A stretch of DNA of 64,000 nucleotides, from the NCBI GenBank assembly GCA_951406725.2, contig OX597816.1:128526001-128590000 (forward strand), given 5' to 3'. Of this stretch, positions 1 to 11,960 are shown piece by piece (positions within the stretch are counted from its first letter, which is position 1; each line of letters starts with the position of its first letter). The notes beneath the pieces were generated by a model. The model did no database searches, was not told the origin of the DNA, and saw only the letters and a program-made list of their open reading frames with translations. Source of the DNA: Octopus vulgaris. Its lineage: Eukaryota. The position numbers were made by a program, and so were the translations under genes.

Positions 1-112
1 TATACTTGCTCAGCTTTTGGTAGGTCTTGACAGATACATGTATGTCGACTGGAACATTATTATTATTATTATTATTATTACTACTAATACTACTACTACT
101 TTTATTATTATT

Positions 113-328
113 AAGATGGTAAGTTGGCAGAATTATTAGCACACAGAGCAACATGCTTAACAGTTTTTCATCTGTCTTCACATTCTGAGTTCAAATTCCA
201 CTGAGGTCGACTTTGTCTTCCATCATTTCAGGGTCGATAAAAATGACTACCAGTTGAGCACTGGGGTTGATGTAATCGACTTAACCTCTCCATGTGAAAT
301 TGATGGCCCTGTGCCAAATTTGACCACC
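113..328 (+). mobile_element. tRNA-derived SINE, family A
   Basis: Head TGGCAGAATTATTAGC (A-box-like) and GAGTTCAAATTCC (B-box-like), body with GTCGATAA...ACCAGTTGAGCACTGGGG; embedded in (ATT)n; more than 10 related copies in the window. Confidence 0.85.
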
Positions 329-373
329 ATTATTATTATTATTATTATTATCATCATCATCATTATTTTTATT

Positions 374-590
374 AAGGTGGTGAGCTGGCAGAATCATTAG
401 CATGCCAGGCAAAATGCTTATTGGCATTGGCCCATCCTTATGTTCTGAACTCAAATTCTGCCAAAGTTGACTTTGCCTTTCATCCTTTTGGGATCAATAA
501 ATTAAGTACCAGTTGAGTACTGGGGCCAATGTAATCAACTATCCCACCTTCCCCAAATTTCAGGCCTCGTGCCTACAGCAGAGAGGATTG
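374..590 (+). mobile_element. tRNA-derived SINE, family A
   Basis: Same head and body as 113-328 with a different tail subtype (TTTCAGGCCTCGTGCCTACAGCAGA). Confidence 0.85.
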
Positions 591-929
591 TTATGATTAT
601 TATTATTATTATTATTGAGAGAGCAGTGCCTGTCATCAAAGTGACATATTAATATAATCAACCCCCAACCCCCACCTGCTTGCATTAACCTATACCTCAG
701 ATATCTAGTCATTTTCTCAACTTACACGTAACTTCCTTCTGAATAAACATTGATATGCAAAAGGTTTCTTTCATTTATCTTTATATACTGCAGCCTTCAA
801 GACACACTTTTCACTCTTGTACAGCATCACATATTTCATGCAAGGAGCATATCATCTTATTATTGATGTTTCTGAGTAGCTGAAATAGGTCTATGATATT
901 GAGGTAGCAAATAAATCTAGTTTATGGGA

Positions 930-1369
930 TTCTTTTATTCTTTTACTCTTTTCAGTCATTTGACTGTGGCCATGCTGGAGCACCATTTTCAAGGGTTTTA
1001 GTCAAACAAATCAACTCCAGAACTTATTTTTTGAAATCTAGTAATTATTCTATCAGGTTCTTTTGCTGAACCACTAAGTTATAGGAGTTCTGCTGAACCA
1101 CTAAGTTATACACCAATATTGGTTGTAAAGTAGTGTTTAGGGAACAAACACAGATACAAAGACACACACACATGGATGTGTACATAAATACATACATACA
1201 TTTATATATAGCTATACATGATGGGGTTCTTTCAGTTTCCGTCTACCAAACCCACTCACAAGGCTTTGGTTGGCCTAAGGCTATAACAAAAGACACTTAT
1301 GCAAGGTGTCACACTAAATCCAGAACCATGTGGTTGGGGAGCAAGCTTCTTACCACCCATCCACGCCTA
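930..1369 (-). mobile_element. tRNA-derived SINE, family B (internal TA/TG microsatellite)
   Basis: Reverse complement of the family B consensus seen at 3302, 11104 and 47686; small internal duplication of TGCTGAACCACTAAGTTATA. Confidence 0.85.
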
Positions 1370-2321
1370 CATTGCTTTCATTTCATCTTGATATATAAGA
1401 TGATCGACATATAGGTTTTAGTTAAATTTCACCATCCACTTGGAATTTTAAGTTGTAACCATCTCAATTTTAATAGAATATAATATCTGAATATTTATGG
1501 CTTTAATATGCCAATGTCTCTATTTTAATTTCAGTAGGGAGTTTGTTGTGTGATATTTTGTTGTTATATTAAATGACTGAATAACTACATGAAAGGTATT
1601 TTATGAAAAAGCATTTGAAAGAAAAAATTAATAAATGAAATGGCATTTCTCTAAATTTTTTCATGTTTCAAATTCTAGCCATTTTCCTTTCATTAATTAT
1701 ACTTTTAACAAAATTCATTGCATTTATGAAAGCCAACAAGTGATTCTTCATGTGGTCGCTGAGCCTGCTTAAAGATAGCAGCTAAATCCCTCTCAAGTTA
1801 CATCTTGAAGTCATGAAAGGAGGGGGATAAATTAGATAACATAGTCTAAGAGAAAGATGAGATGGTCATATCTGGAGTGCCTTTGATCTTAGTCCTACAC
1901 AGTCAAACCTGACCTAGGGCTAAACAGCAACAACAGCCATGGCAACAGCAGCAACTAGTTGTCTTTACCATTATGATTAATGTTTTCTTCGTGTCTGGCA
2001 TGTCAATCTGTGTGTTGATTTGTGTTGACCTTTCTATCATTCAACATGTAATCAAGCTGTAATCATTTCATCTTCTTTTCAGACATACTCTATTCAGAAT
2101 TAAATTCTGAAATGTATTTTTCCCTTTTTAAGATGGTTAGAAAGTAGATTAATGGAAATGTGTCTGCTATTGCTTTCAGGTCAAGTGATTGTGCCGACTT
2201 TATCTCTCTCTCTCTCTCTTCAGACACACACACTCTATAGTATATTTATATACATACATATATAGGTATATGTGTGTGTGTGTCTATCCACACACACCCA
2301 CTATATTATGTATATTTATAT

Positions 2322-2363
<42 letters not shown>

Positions 2364-2633
2364 ACACATATCCACACACACACTCATATATGCATATATG
2401 TGTATATATATATATACACACACACACATATATGCATACATGCGTATTTGTTTGTGGTGTATATATATATATTAGTATGCATCTATATAAATCTATCAGT
2501 ATGTATGTATGTATGTGTATGTGTGTGTATGCATATTTCTCCTTCTATCTCTCCCTTTCTTTCTCTCACTCTCTCTTTTTCTTTTCGTCACTATCACACT
2601 CCAACCATCATCCACTATATTTTGATTTTACAG

Positions 2634-2695
2634 TGGCTAGCAACACAGACTCAGCACATACAAAAGCAAATCAAAGTGTAGAGGAGACACTATAA
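2634..2695 (+). CDS. possible terminal coding exon (V)ASNTDSAHTKANQSVEETL*
   Basis: Pyrimidine-rich tract at ~2536-2590, acceptor TTTTGATTTTACAG|, short non-repetitive frame ending in -ETL-stop; no homology recognised. Confidence 0.25.
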
Positions 2696-2888
2696 ACACA
2701 TACTCCATCACAACATTTCATATATTAAGCCTTTGAGTCTCAATGTGCAGTAGAACAATCCCCTAAAAGTAGATTTACTGAGGACAAAATACTGGCCTTA
2801 TTGACCAGATCCAATTTTTAATCAATTAGACTTGGGCAGGGCAATGAGCAACAATTAAAAAGCCAATGATGGTACAGGCAAATCTCCC

Positions 2889-3118
2889 TTAACCCTTTTG
2901 ATACCAACCCAACCAAAACCGCCCCTGGCCCTGTAGTACAAATGTCTTGTTTTCAAAAGTTCTGAATTAAAATCTTTCACCAAATCTTAGTTACAATTTA
3001 TGTTCTTAACACTAGCTTAATGATAACTAGGGTTATTTATTAAATTTCTTGGTATAATTAAAGTTAATTGAAAGAAACAAAGAGCATCTCAACAGAAATA
3101 TGGTAACAAAAGAGTTAA
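2889..3118. mobile_element. piggyBac-type MITE
   Basis: TTAA at both ends; TIRs CCCTTTTGATACCA / TGGTAACAAAAGAG; a partial related copy lies at ~30330-30498. Confidence 0.8.
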
Positions 3119-3301
3119 ATTATATTGCAATAGTTTTTCAAAAAGAAAGACAATATTCAAAAATGTAATCCTAGATACAATGTATCTTCAAAAAGTAAAA
3201 CTAAATAATGGTCACATAACGAACATCTTTAATTGTGGATATGCTGGATCATGGTTAATCTAAACATATAATTGGTCACCAAACTCATTATCATGTAAGT
3301 A

Positions 3302-3720
3302 TAGGCATAGGCATGGGTGTATGGTAAGAAGCTTGCTTTCCAATCACATGGTTCCAGGTTCAGTCCTACTATGTGGAACCGTGGGTAGGTGTCTTCTACT
3401 TTAGCCTCGGGCTGACTAAAGCCTTGTGAGTGGATTTAGTAAATGGAAACTGAAAGAAGCCAGTCGTATATATGTGTGTGTGTGTGTATGTATATATCAA
3501 TGTGTGTGTGTGTCCTTGTGTTTGTGTTTGTCCCCCACCATTGCTTGACAACCGGTGACAGTGTGTTTACATCTATGTAACCTAGCCAAAAGGGATCAAC
3601 AGAATAACTACTAAGTTTAAAAAAAAACAAAAGGTTCTAAGGTCAATTTGTTTAACTAAAATACTTCAAAGCAGTGCTCCAGCATTGCCACAGGTAAATG
3701 ACTGAAACAAGTAAAGGATA
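3302..3720 (+). mobile_element. SINE family B
   Basis: GGCATAGGCATGGGTGTATGGTAAG head, GGTTCAGTCC B-box-like, GCCTTGTGAGTGGATTT core, tail ATGACTGAAACAAGTAAAG. Confidence 0.85.
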
Positions 3721-4440
3721 AATAATTAAAGAAATAAAAAAAAAACGATGTGCTACAACAGGGAAAATGTTCAATGATACTCAATCGCAACTTGTTCATC
3801 TCGTTGACATTTTCAGTGTATTTGGTTGACCTACGGTTCTGATATTTGTAAATTTGATAATTATTGCATAGAAAATTAGTTATAGCAAAATGATGATAAA
3901 GGCAAACTCTTGAACAAGAATCAATTTCACAATATCTGATGGTGGACACCCCCACCACACACACACACATACACACGCACAACACTAATCATTGCACTAT
4001 AGGAATATAATAATCGTTTTCACAATGAAATTAAGCATGCATGCCTTATTTATATGCATACCAAATATTCATCATTTTGTAGCTGTATCATCTGAATAAG
4101 TGTGGTATATTTGACAGCTTACAGCAACTTGGATTAGAGCAAGTAATCCTAATGTCCAACATTAATGATTTCGCACATTAGCACAGATCATATACCTGCT
4201 GGACGAGGATAAAGTTCATTGTATCGAATCTGAAAAATGATGGCTAATATTTCTCTTCATCAATTTTAAACAGAAGAAAGTCACTCAAAGCTGGAGCTGA
4301 ACTCAGAAAATGCCATAATTAAAGAGTAAATGGTATGAGATATTATTTAATTAACATTCTATCATTTTCTTACTTGGCATAGTTTCTTGATGAGGAAGAG
4401 TTTCTTGTTACTTTAATTCCAAAGTACAAATACATTTTTC

Positions 4441-5045
4441 ACAGGAGTGGCTGTGTGGTAAGTTGCTTGTTTACCAACCACATGATTACAGGTTTAGTCT
4501 CACACTGCATGACACCTTGGGCAAGTGTCTACTGCTTTAGCCACAGGCCAACCAAAGCTTTGTGAGTGGATTTGGTAGACAGAAACTGAAAGGAGCCCAT
4601 CATATATATGTATATGTTTATATATTATCGGTGAGCCGATAATCGGTGGACCCTCGCAGTTGAGTGGTACCCGCGTGAGCGGAAACGACCACCCGGAAGG
4701 CCTCCATGATCGTGGAATTATGATTTCAGGAGGACAATTGGGATCACGTGAATGAGAAAGGCATGACCCAGAGAGGAGTGGACAGCGTGCTGTGACCAGC
4801 GGTGTCAAATGGATGCCTGACAGACTGGTCGGTCAAAGTGATCAAGGTGATATATTTGTGTATGTATGTATATGTTTGTGAGTTTGGGTGTCCGTGCTTG
4901 TCCCCCCACCATCGCTTGATAACAGATGTTGGTGTGTTTATGTCCCCCTGTAACTTAGTGGTTCAGCAAAAGAGACAGATAGAATAAGTACTAGGCTTAC
5001 AAGGAATAAGACCTGGGGTTGATTTGTTCGACTAAAGGCGGTGCT
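4441..5045 (+). mobile_element. SINE family B carrying a nested RTE 3' end; 3' tail missing
   Basis: Family B head at 4441-4600, insert at 4625-4852, body truncated at GGCGGTGCT and followed by (TA)n. Confidence 0.85.
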
Positions 5046-5564
5046 CTATATATATATATATATATATATGCACGTGCATACACTCACATTCTTTTATTCT
5101 TTTACTTGTTTCAGTCATTTGACTGCAGCTATGCTAAAGCACCGCCTTTAGTCGAACAAATCAACCCCAGGTCTTATTCCTTGTAAGCCTAGTACTTATT
5201 CTATCTGTCTCTTTTGCTGAACCACTAAGTTACAGGGGGACATAAACACACCAACATCTGTTATCAAGCGATGGTGGGGGGACAAGCACGGACACCCAAA
5301 CTCACAAACATATACATACATACACAAATATATCACCTTGATCACTTTGACCGACCAGTCTGTCAGGCATCCATTTGACACCGCTGGTCACAGCACGCTG
5401 TCCACTCCTCTCTGGGTCATGCCTTTCTCATCCACGTGATCCCAATTGTCCTCCTGAAATCATAATTCCACGATCATGGAGGCCTTCCGGGTGGTCGTTT
5501 CCGCTCACGCGGGTACCACTCAACTGCGAGGGTCCACCGATTATCGGCTCACCGATAATATATA

Positions 5565-5572
<8 letters not shown>
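4611..5572. repeat. 435-bp inverted duplication (arms 4611-5045 and 5138-5572)
   Basis: Arms are reverse complements with one mismatch seen (4751 vs 5432); mirrored ORFs 4802-4987(+) and 5196-5381(-) are identical. Confidence 0.95.
4625..4852 (+). mobile_element. 5'-truncated RTE-clade LINE (3' end)
   Basis: Frame from 4638 reads DNRWTLAVEWYPRERKRPPGRPP*SW...GIT*MRKA*PREEW, matching the RTE ORF C-terminal motif (RW..EW.P..KR..GRP..RW); short repeated tail GTGATCAAGGTGA; inserted in TA repeat. Confidence 0.85.
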
Positions 5573-5611
<39 letters not shown>

Positions 5612-5759
5612 AGAAAGAGTGTGCTTCTCTGTGTATACACGAACACACACACATCTATGAAGAGAAAGAAACAGAGAGAGAATCACTTGTATTGCTGTCA
5701 GAGCTAGGAAGGAGATAGAAAATGTAAAGCAGAAATAGCTGTTTATGGGAAAATAGGGC

Positions 5760-5981
5760 TTTTTATTCTTTTATTCGTTTCAGTCATTTGACTGTGGCCG
5801 TGCTGGAGCACCACCTTTAGTCAAACAAATCAACACCAGAACTTATTCTTTTTAAGCCTAGTACTTATTCTATCAGTCTCCTTTTGCCGAACTGCAAAGT
5901 TATGGGTACATAAACACACCAACATCGGCTGTCAAGCGATGATGGGGGTCAAACACAGACATATATGTGTGAGTGTGTGTG

Positions 5982-6017
<36 letters not shown>

Positions 6018-6176
6018 AATATGATGGACTTCCTTAAGTTTCTGTTTATGAAATCCACTCACAAGTCTTTGGTTGGTCCAAGGCAATAATAGAAGGCACT
6101 TGCCAAAGGTTCCATGCAGTGGAACTGAACCCAGAACCATGTGGTTGGTAAGCTAGCTACTTACCACACTGCCACA
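5760..6176 (-). mobile_element. SINE family B
   Basis: Full-length reverse-complement copy. Confidence 0.85.
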
Positions 6177-6443
6177 TCAAAATAAGTATTTCTCAGGTTA
6201 GTTATCATATTGTATATTGATATATATTCAAACGAGTGGTTTAAGAGGCAAAAGGCTAAGGTTCTCTGTTGAAAGAACACTGATGTGAAAACAGAGTATT
6301 GATATTTTTAAGTCATTCACTTAAAATTAATCGAGTATATAACTGCAGCTTCTGTCATGAATTTATCACTTGAAAAAGGATCAACAGAAATTTATACATG
6401 CACACACATACATATATTTATATATATATGTGTGTGTGTGTGT

Positions 6444-6700
6444 GAAGGCACATAGCTCAATGGTTAGAGTGTTGAGCTTATGATGATGAGGCTGTGAGTT
6501 CAATTCCCGGACCAGACTGTGTGTTGTGTTCTTGAGGAAGACACTTTATTTCACATTGCTCCAGTTAACTCAGCTGTAGAAATGAGTTGTGACATCACTG
6601 GTACCAAGCTGTATTGGCCTTTACCTTTCCCTTGGATAAAATTGGTAGTGTGGAGAGGGGAGGAGGCTGGTATGCACAAACAACCTTGCCAAGACTTGTG
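6444..6700 (+). mobile_element. tRNA-derived SINE, family C
   Basis: TAGCTCAATGGTTAGAG A-box, GAGTTCAATTCCC B-box, TGTTCTTGAG..AAGACACTTTATTTCAC core; related copies at 17840, 33730, 44055, 59877 and 15835(-). Confidence 0.8.
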
Positions 6701-6769
6701 CAGTACAGTACTTGTGCTCTGTAGTGACCACCATGACTTTGAGACTCAGTCTCAACTCATGGATCCTGT

Positions 6770-6950
6770 AAAATCTGGCTTTGTGCAGCACCTGGCAAAC
6801 AGTTTCTTTGTGCAGCTCTCAGCAAACAAGGTGCTTATTAAACTCTGCAGTAATTTTGGGAGTTATACTTTTGTGGTCCTTTCTAACAATTTGCATAGGA
6901 GTCTGATGGTCCCTATCTGAAAGTTCCGGTTTTCTTCCAGAATTTTGTTT
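6770..6950 (-). pseudogene. Tc1-family transposase fragment (second HTH region)
   Basis: Minus strand reads NSGRKPELSDRDHQTPMQIVRKDHKSITPKITAEFNKHL..ELHK, typical of the Tc1 GRPR-like/HTH2 region. Confidence 0.7.
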
Positions 6951-7072
6951 CCACCACCTTCAATTGAACAAATCGACCACAGGACTTATTCTTCATAAGC
7001 CTAGTACTTATTCTGTTGGTCTCTTTTGCTGAACAACTAAGTTATGGTGGGGTAGCAAACACAGACACAATG

Positions 7073-7130
<58 letters not shown>

Positions 7131-7292
7131 ATGATGGGTTTCTTTCTGTTTCCGTCTGCCAGATCCACTCAGAAGGCTTTAGTCAGCCCAAGACTATAGT
7201 AGAAGACACTTGCCCAAGGTGTCACACAATGGGACTGAACCTGGTACCGCGTGGTTGGGAAGCAAGCTTCTTACCACACAGCCACTCCTGTG
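6950..7292 (-). mobile_element. SINE family B
   Basis: Reverse-complement copy with internal deletion. Confidence 0.8.
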
Positions 7293-7584
7293 CAAGTTAA
7301 TATTATTACTTCCTACATATGCTTTGCCATAATGGCTGCTTGAAACCTTGTGTTCCCAGTGCATAAGGATGCTGACCCAAAATACTTATAAAATGCCTTG
7401 TCATCTGCCCAACTCCTGATATTTGTTCTCTGTAAGTCAATGGAATAGTGGTGTTTCCTGATAATCTGTTCTAGTTAAGCATTCATATGCATTTGGAAAA
7501 CCTAATGCAGGGTTGTGAGCAACAGTAATGGTGACACATACACAAAAACTAATAATATTAACGTGCATAGATTTTATTTTCTCA

Positions 7585-7632
<48 letters not shown>

Positions 7633-7640
7633 GTGAAATG

Positions 7641-7901
7641 TATAGAATTAAATATCCATCACAGCTGATCTTACCAATCGGTTTCACATAAATAATATAA
7701 TGGAGTGTTAGGTAAAAATTTGATTATATAACTTTACGCTCATCAGAGTTTGCCAATCTGGAAGGAAATATGGTGCCATATTCCCTTCCATATTGGCTAA
7801 CTCTAATAAGTGTAAAGTTATGTAATTGGATTGCTGCCTTACGTTCCATTGTATTCTTTACGTAAAACCAATTGGTAAGATCAGCTGTGATGGATATTTA
7901 A

Positions 7902-7908
<7 letters not shown>
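7641..7908. mobile_element. 268-bp spacerless palindrome carrying two opposed hammerhead motifs (PLE-derived)
   Basis: Axis between 7774 and 7775 (ATATGG TG CCATAT); flanked by (TA)n; the minus strand of the left arm has CTGATGA...GAAACCGATTGGTA. Confidence 0.8.
7663..7754 (-). ncRNA. type I hammerhead ribozyme candidate
   Basis: CUGAUGA (7746-7740), stem II GCGUAAA/UUUAUGU around a long loop, GAAA, stem III ACC-GAUU-GGU, cleavage triplet GUA; stem I weak. Confidence 0.6.
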
Positions 7909-7948
<40 letters not shown>

Positions 7949-8186
7949 CATTGTCAAACGTATTTGAAGAGTCAGAAACCGGTCCTGCATTATATGATTC
8001 TAAGTTGTCCATTTATCGAATGTTCTTCCTAGAGGTAAGACAAATATTTCATGTTTGTTGCACACACATGCTAGTAGAAGGTCTAAATGATAAGCTATTG
8101 ATTAAATCCACTACAAAAGTCTATAAACATCTAAAGTCCAGCTGCCAAAAGTATATACTGAAAATGCCAGAACATTTGGATTATAG

Positions 8187-9406
8187 TACCATAAAAACCC
8201 ATGTAATTTACTCACTTTTCTCACAAAAATAAAAATAAACTTTAGTGGGTGAGTAAACTATATGAGTAGATCGTTTCCAGAATTCTTTTTGAAAATTTTT
8301 TTTGTTGCAAAAAGACGTACAAAATGTAAACATTTGTGCCGGAAGTTGACACATTTAATATCAGAATAGGTTTTTACAGAAAAAATAATGGCTTAAATAT
8401 GAAGTTGACTTCTATTTATGCTGGGCGATATAATGCTTACTTTTTCTAAATTTACTAAATCTATTAAATGGTTAACTACTTTTTGTAGTTTGACATTCAT
8501 AGTAGTAAACATGGTCTGAGGCATATTTTACATTGCTTGGAGTTTCCATCTACTGCAATGGAGAACCATTGATATGCATAATGATATGGATATTCCTGAC
8601 TGAAAAAAATGTAATGATATGGATAATTTTGATTGTATGTTTTTATTTTTGTCTGTTTATTACTAGACACAGTTTTAAATTTGTTGTACCGTTTGCACCA
8701 GTTTCAATCATTGGCTCTATTGCCACATTCAAATGCATATTCAATATAATTAATTTCTCCTTTGCAGTAAATGATTCATAAGTTCTGCCCATACTAACAA
8801 TAACGGTTTTGACACATTTTTAAGTTTGCTTGACATTTTATAAGTGAAAAAGGGATTCAAATTATAATACTCCGTATCAAAGGTTCCAACAAGAATAGGC
8901 AGAAAAGAATTCTGTTTGCATAATCAGTTTGATCGGTCACCTTCCACTGTCTGTTGAGCAAAGTGTCATCCAAGTTGATGTTTATTGGTAATTAAACTTG
9001 ATTTGCAACACCTGTTAGTGTTTATCAGCTCTGTTTTTCCTGCAATTGTGATTTGAGAAGACATACAACAGTATGCTAAAGATCGGACTTAATCTCTTGT
9101 GGGCCAGGAATGTAAAATAAAGTCTATTATAAACAACACAAACACTATGTAATTTAATAGCTTTTAATGGGATACCTGTTAAACAGAAATTATTTTTATT
9201 TATTGAAAATTTAATAAAATCTAATCATAAGAGAAATTATGTTAAATACAACTAAATTGAAAACCTTTTTCCCCTGGCTATATCAATAATTCTGAAAACT
9301 TTTGGGTGTGAATTTTACATGAGTAGAGGCTTTTTTAACAAATTTTATCCTGAAAATCACCTGCGTAAATTACATAGGTGCACAATTTACATGGGTTCTT
9401 ACGGTA
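8187..9406 (-). mobile_element. pogo/Tigger-like non-autonomous DNA transposon
   Basis: TA-flanked TIRs CCATAAAAACCCATGTAAT / ATTTACATGGGTTCTTACGG; a frameshifted minus-strand remnant (ESFTAKEKL...ECGNRA) at ~8700-8785 resembles the N-terminal DNA-binding domain of pogo transposases. Confidence 0.7.
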
Positions 9407-10939
9407 TCTGGAGCAGAAGGCAGTTGGAGTAGGGTGTCCTGTTCTTGTTTGTATTATGTACTAAATTTTTAACTTGTTTTGATGTAGTGTATTACTTTTT
9501 TACCCGACCTCTTATTTATTATGTGTATGTATATCCTTGTATACAAGACTTATGTGTATGTCTTGTAACCTTTGTGCATGACATGATTTATTTTGTAACT
9601 AATAAAGAAAGGATCCTCGTCATCATCACCATCTTCAATATCATCATCATCATCATCATTATAATCACCATTATTATTACTGTTCTTATTGTTGCTGCTG
9701 CTGAAACCTCAATATACAGTGTCTTCTTCACTTGAGAACAGCTGCTGTCCTGTTTGCATTATCAATAACAACTTTCTTCATATTCTACAGTGAAGCGTTA
9801 TGATAAACAAGTAAAATTCCACTGCTCAAAACACAAACATTACAATATATTTTAATAATGCTATTTTTTCTCATCTTTTCAATATTGTTTCTATGGATAA
9901 AGCTTCATCTTTTTTAATGGAATATAAGTTTTGGTTGGATGGTTCTGCATACCTAACTGCTTGCATGAATATAAAATTTCAGAGCAAATGGTTTACAGCT
10001 GGATTTTCTTCATAGTATCAATTATTCAACATTGTAATAATGGCAGTAATACCAATTTTTCAACTGGACAGAATGAAGTGGAGTAATGAATGATGACTAT
10101 TGATGCAACTCAAAGATATTTGGCACATTTTCTCTTCATAATATGTATTAGAATAATACAGCATTTTAACCTTATATCACTTCTTCCTTTCACATGAATT
10201 ATTTGGTGCATTTGCAATGTGTAATATATTCTTGAATAATATAGAACCTTAACCACACATCACCTTTTCATTTCTGATGAATTATAACCATGTCAAAAAT
10301 TTTTTTTTATTCTTCAGATAAAATAAGAGTTATCGATAATCTAAAACAAGGTAATATGTCTCTGCACAGCTTCAGGCAATATAATTCCTCATAAGAAATC
10401 AAAACCATCAACAAGAACTTCTTTAATCTACCTAAGGCCCAAAGCCACTTTATTACAAAGTATTTCTTTTACACAAGAACAATTTATCTTCTTTACTTCC
10501 TAGTGTTGTCATATTTCATAGATACAAACCATCAAATTGATGCCACCTTCTATCAATCCTGTTGATGAAACAAGATTTTTTTCTCTTTCTTCTTGAGAGG
10601 CATGCAATGCATTGGTTCCTGGTTACCTTTTCCTGTTTCCAAAAAAGAATTTGAAACAAGCATTATAAACCAATGAACCTCTTCACATTTTCACCATTGC
10701 TCCTGCTGTTTGCTGCAATGAAATGTTGCTTCTAGTGATATTTATCTGCATCTAAATGATTGAGCTTGTGAGAATTTTGATCACCTTGAACAAAGACACT
10801 GTTTCACTCATGATGTATACTAACTAAAAAGCTAATGTAACACCGATCAGTTTGACAGTGCTCCTACTGCGACTGTGGTGAGTTGTGACCCTTCATGGTA
10901 GTTGTTTATAATTAAGAGAACTGAGCTACGTAGAAGTGT

Positions 10940-11553
10940 CTTAGTATTTAAACCAGCCATATCCAGCTCAAATATTCTACCTGTTTATGTTCAAACCAGC
11001 CAGATCCAGCTTCTAATACCTACTATTCTAAAAATATGCAATCATATCAAAATCTCAGAGTTATGGGGAAATGCATGATTAATTAAAAACAATGTGATTA
11101 AATAGGCATAGGAGTGGCCATGTGGTAAGTAGCTATAGGCGAAGGAGTGGCTGTATGGTAAATAGCTGCAAAGTACCTTGGGCAAGTGTCTTCTACTTTA
11201 GCCTCAGGCCAACCAAAGCCTTGTGAGTGGATTTGGTAGATAGAAAATGAAAGAAGCCCATCGTACATATATGTATATATATGTGTGCATGTGTGTGTAT
11301 ATGTTTGTGTGTCTGTGCTTGTCCCCCCAACATTGCTTGACAACCGATGCTGTTCTGTTTACGTGCCCGTAACTTAGCGGTTCGGCAAAAGAGACTGATA
11401 GAATAAGTACAAGGCTTACAAAGGATAAGTCCTGGGGTCGATTTGCTCGACTAAAGGTGGTGCTCTAGCATGGCCACAGTCAAATGGCTGAAACAAGTAA
11501 AAGAGTAAATAAACATTACATTTGATAAAGTAAGCTGAATACTAAAGGGTTAA
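10940..11553. mobile_element. piggyBac-type MITE interrupted by a SINE B insertion
   Basis: Ends with ACTAAAGGGTTAA; homologous to the uninterrupted copy at 59441-59661. Confidence 0.7.
11104..11508 (+). mobile_element. SINE family B with duplicated 5' head and deleted B-box region
   Basis: ATAGGC..AGGAGTGGC..TGGTAA.TAGCT occurs twice in tandem and then jumps to ACCTTGGGCAAG. Confidence 0.85.
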
Positions 11554-11960
11554 TCAATGCCACAGTTGCAACTCTCCAGATGTTAAGCATATTAATAACC
11601 TGGCTAACTGCAGTTCTTGTTGCTTATTAAAATTTTTTGTTCCATCCAAACAAAATTTTAACCTTATATTTTACTTCATCATTATCATTACAACTCCTAT
11701 TCTTTGAATGTCTCCTGCATGTAATTATGCCACACAGGTTATTGAGTTAAATATCCACAGCAATGACTTCTATAGTTGTAATGAAAATAGTTTATCCTTG
11801 AGTATATTATTCACCTTCAGATCTCCATAGTTTTGGTGATGTAGACTTACTTCCTCTAGTGCTGCTGACTTAATATCATGATTGTCAAACCAACAAGGAA
11901 GCTGCTAAAAATAGCAACAAAATCCTTTTAGTGAGCTTTTAGCCCACTAATTTAATATAA

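Noticed and set aside
2189-2630. Long overlapping ORFs rich in Y/I/H/T/C/V (also at 23754-24131, 35186-35430, 61512-61778 and elsewhere)
   Set aside because: They are translations of (TA)n/(CA)n/(TACA)n microsatellites, which lack stop codons.
4625-4852. GC-rich hairpin-containing insert first considered a novel structured RNA or solo LTR
   Set aside because: Translation reveals the RTE ORF C-terminal motif, so it is a truncated LINE.
4802-5381. Two identical 61-aa ORFs on opposite strands
   Set aside because: They are a by-product of the inverted duplication of RTE-tail and SINE sequence, not genes.
7958-7990. TTGAAGAGTCAGAAACCGGTC hammerhead-like string
   Set aside because: There is no room for stem II and no stem I pairing; at best a deleted relic.
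9740-10900. Possible decayed transposase on the minus strand
   Set aside because: I could not recover a diagnostic motif with confidence.
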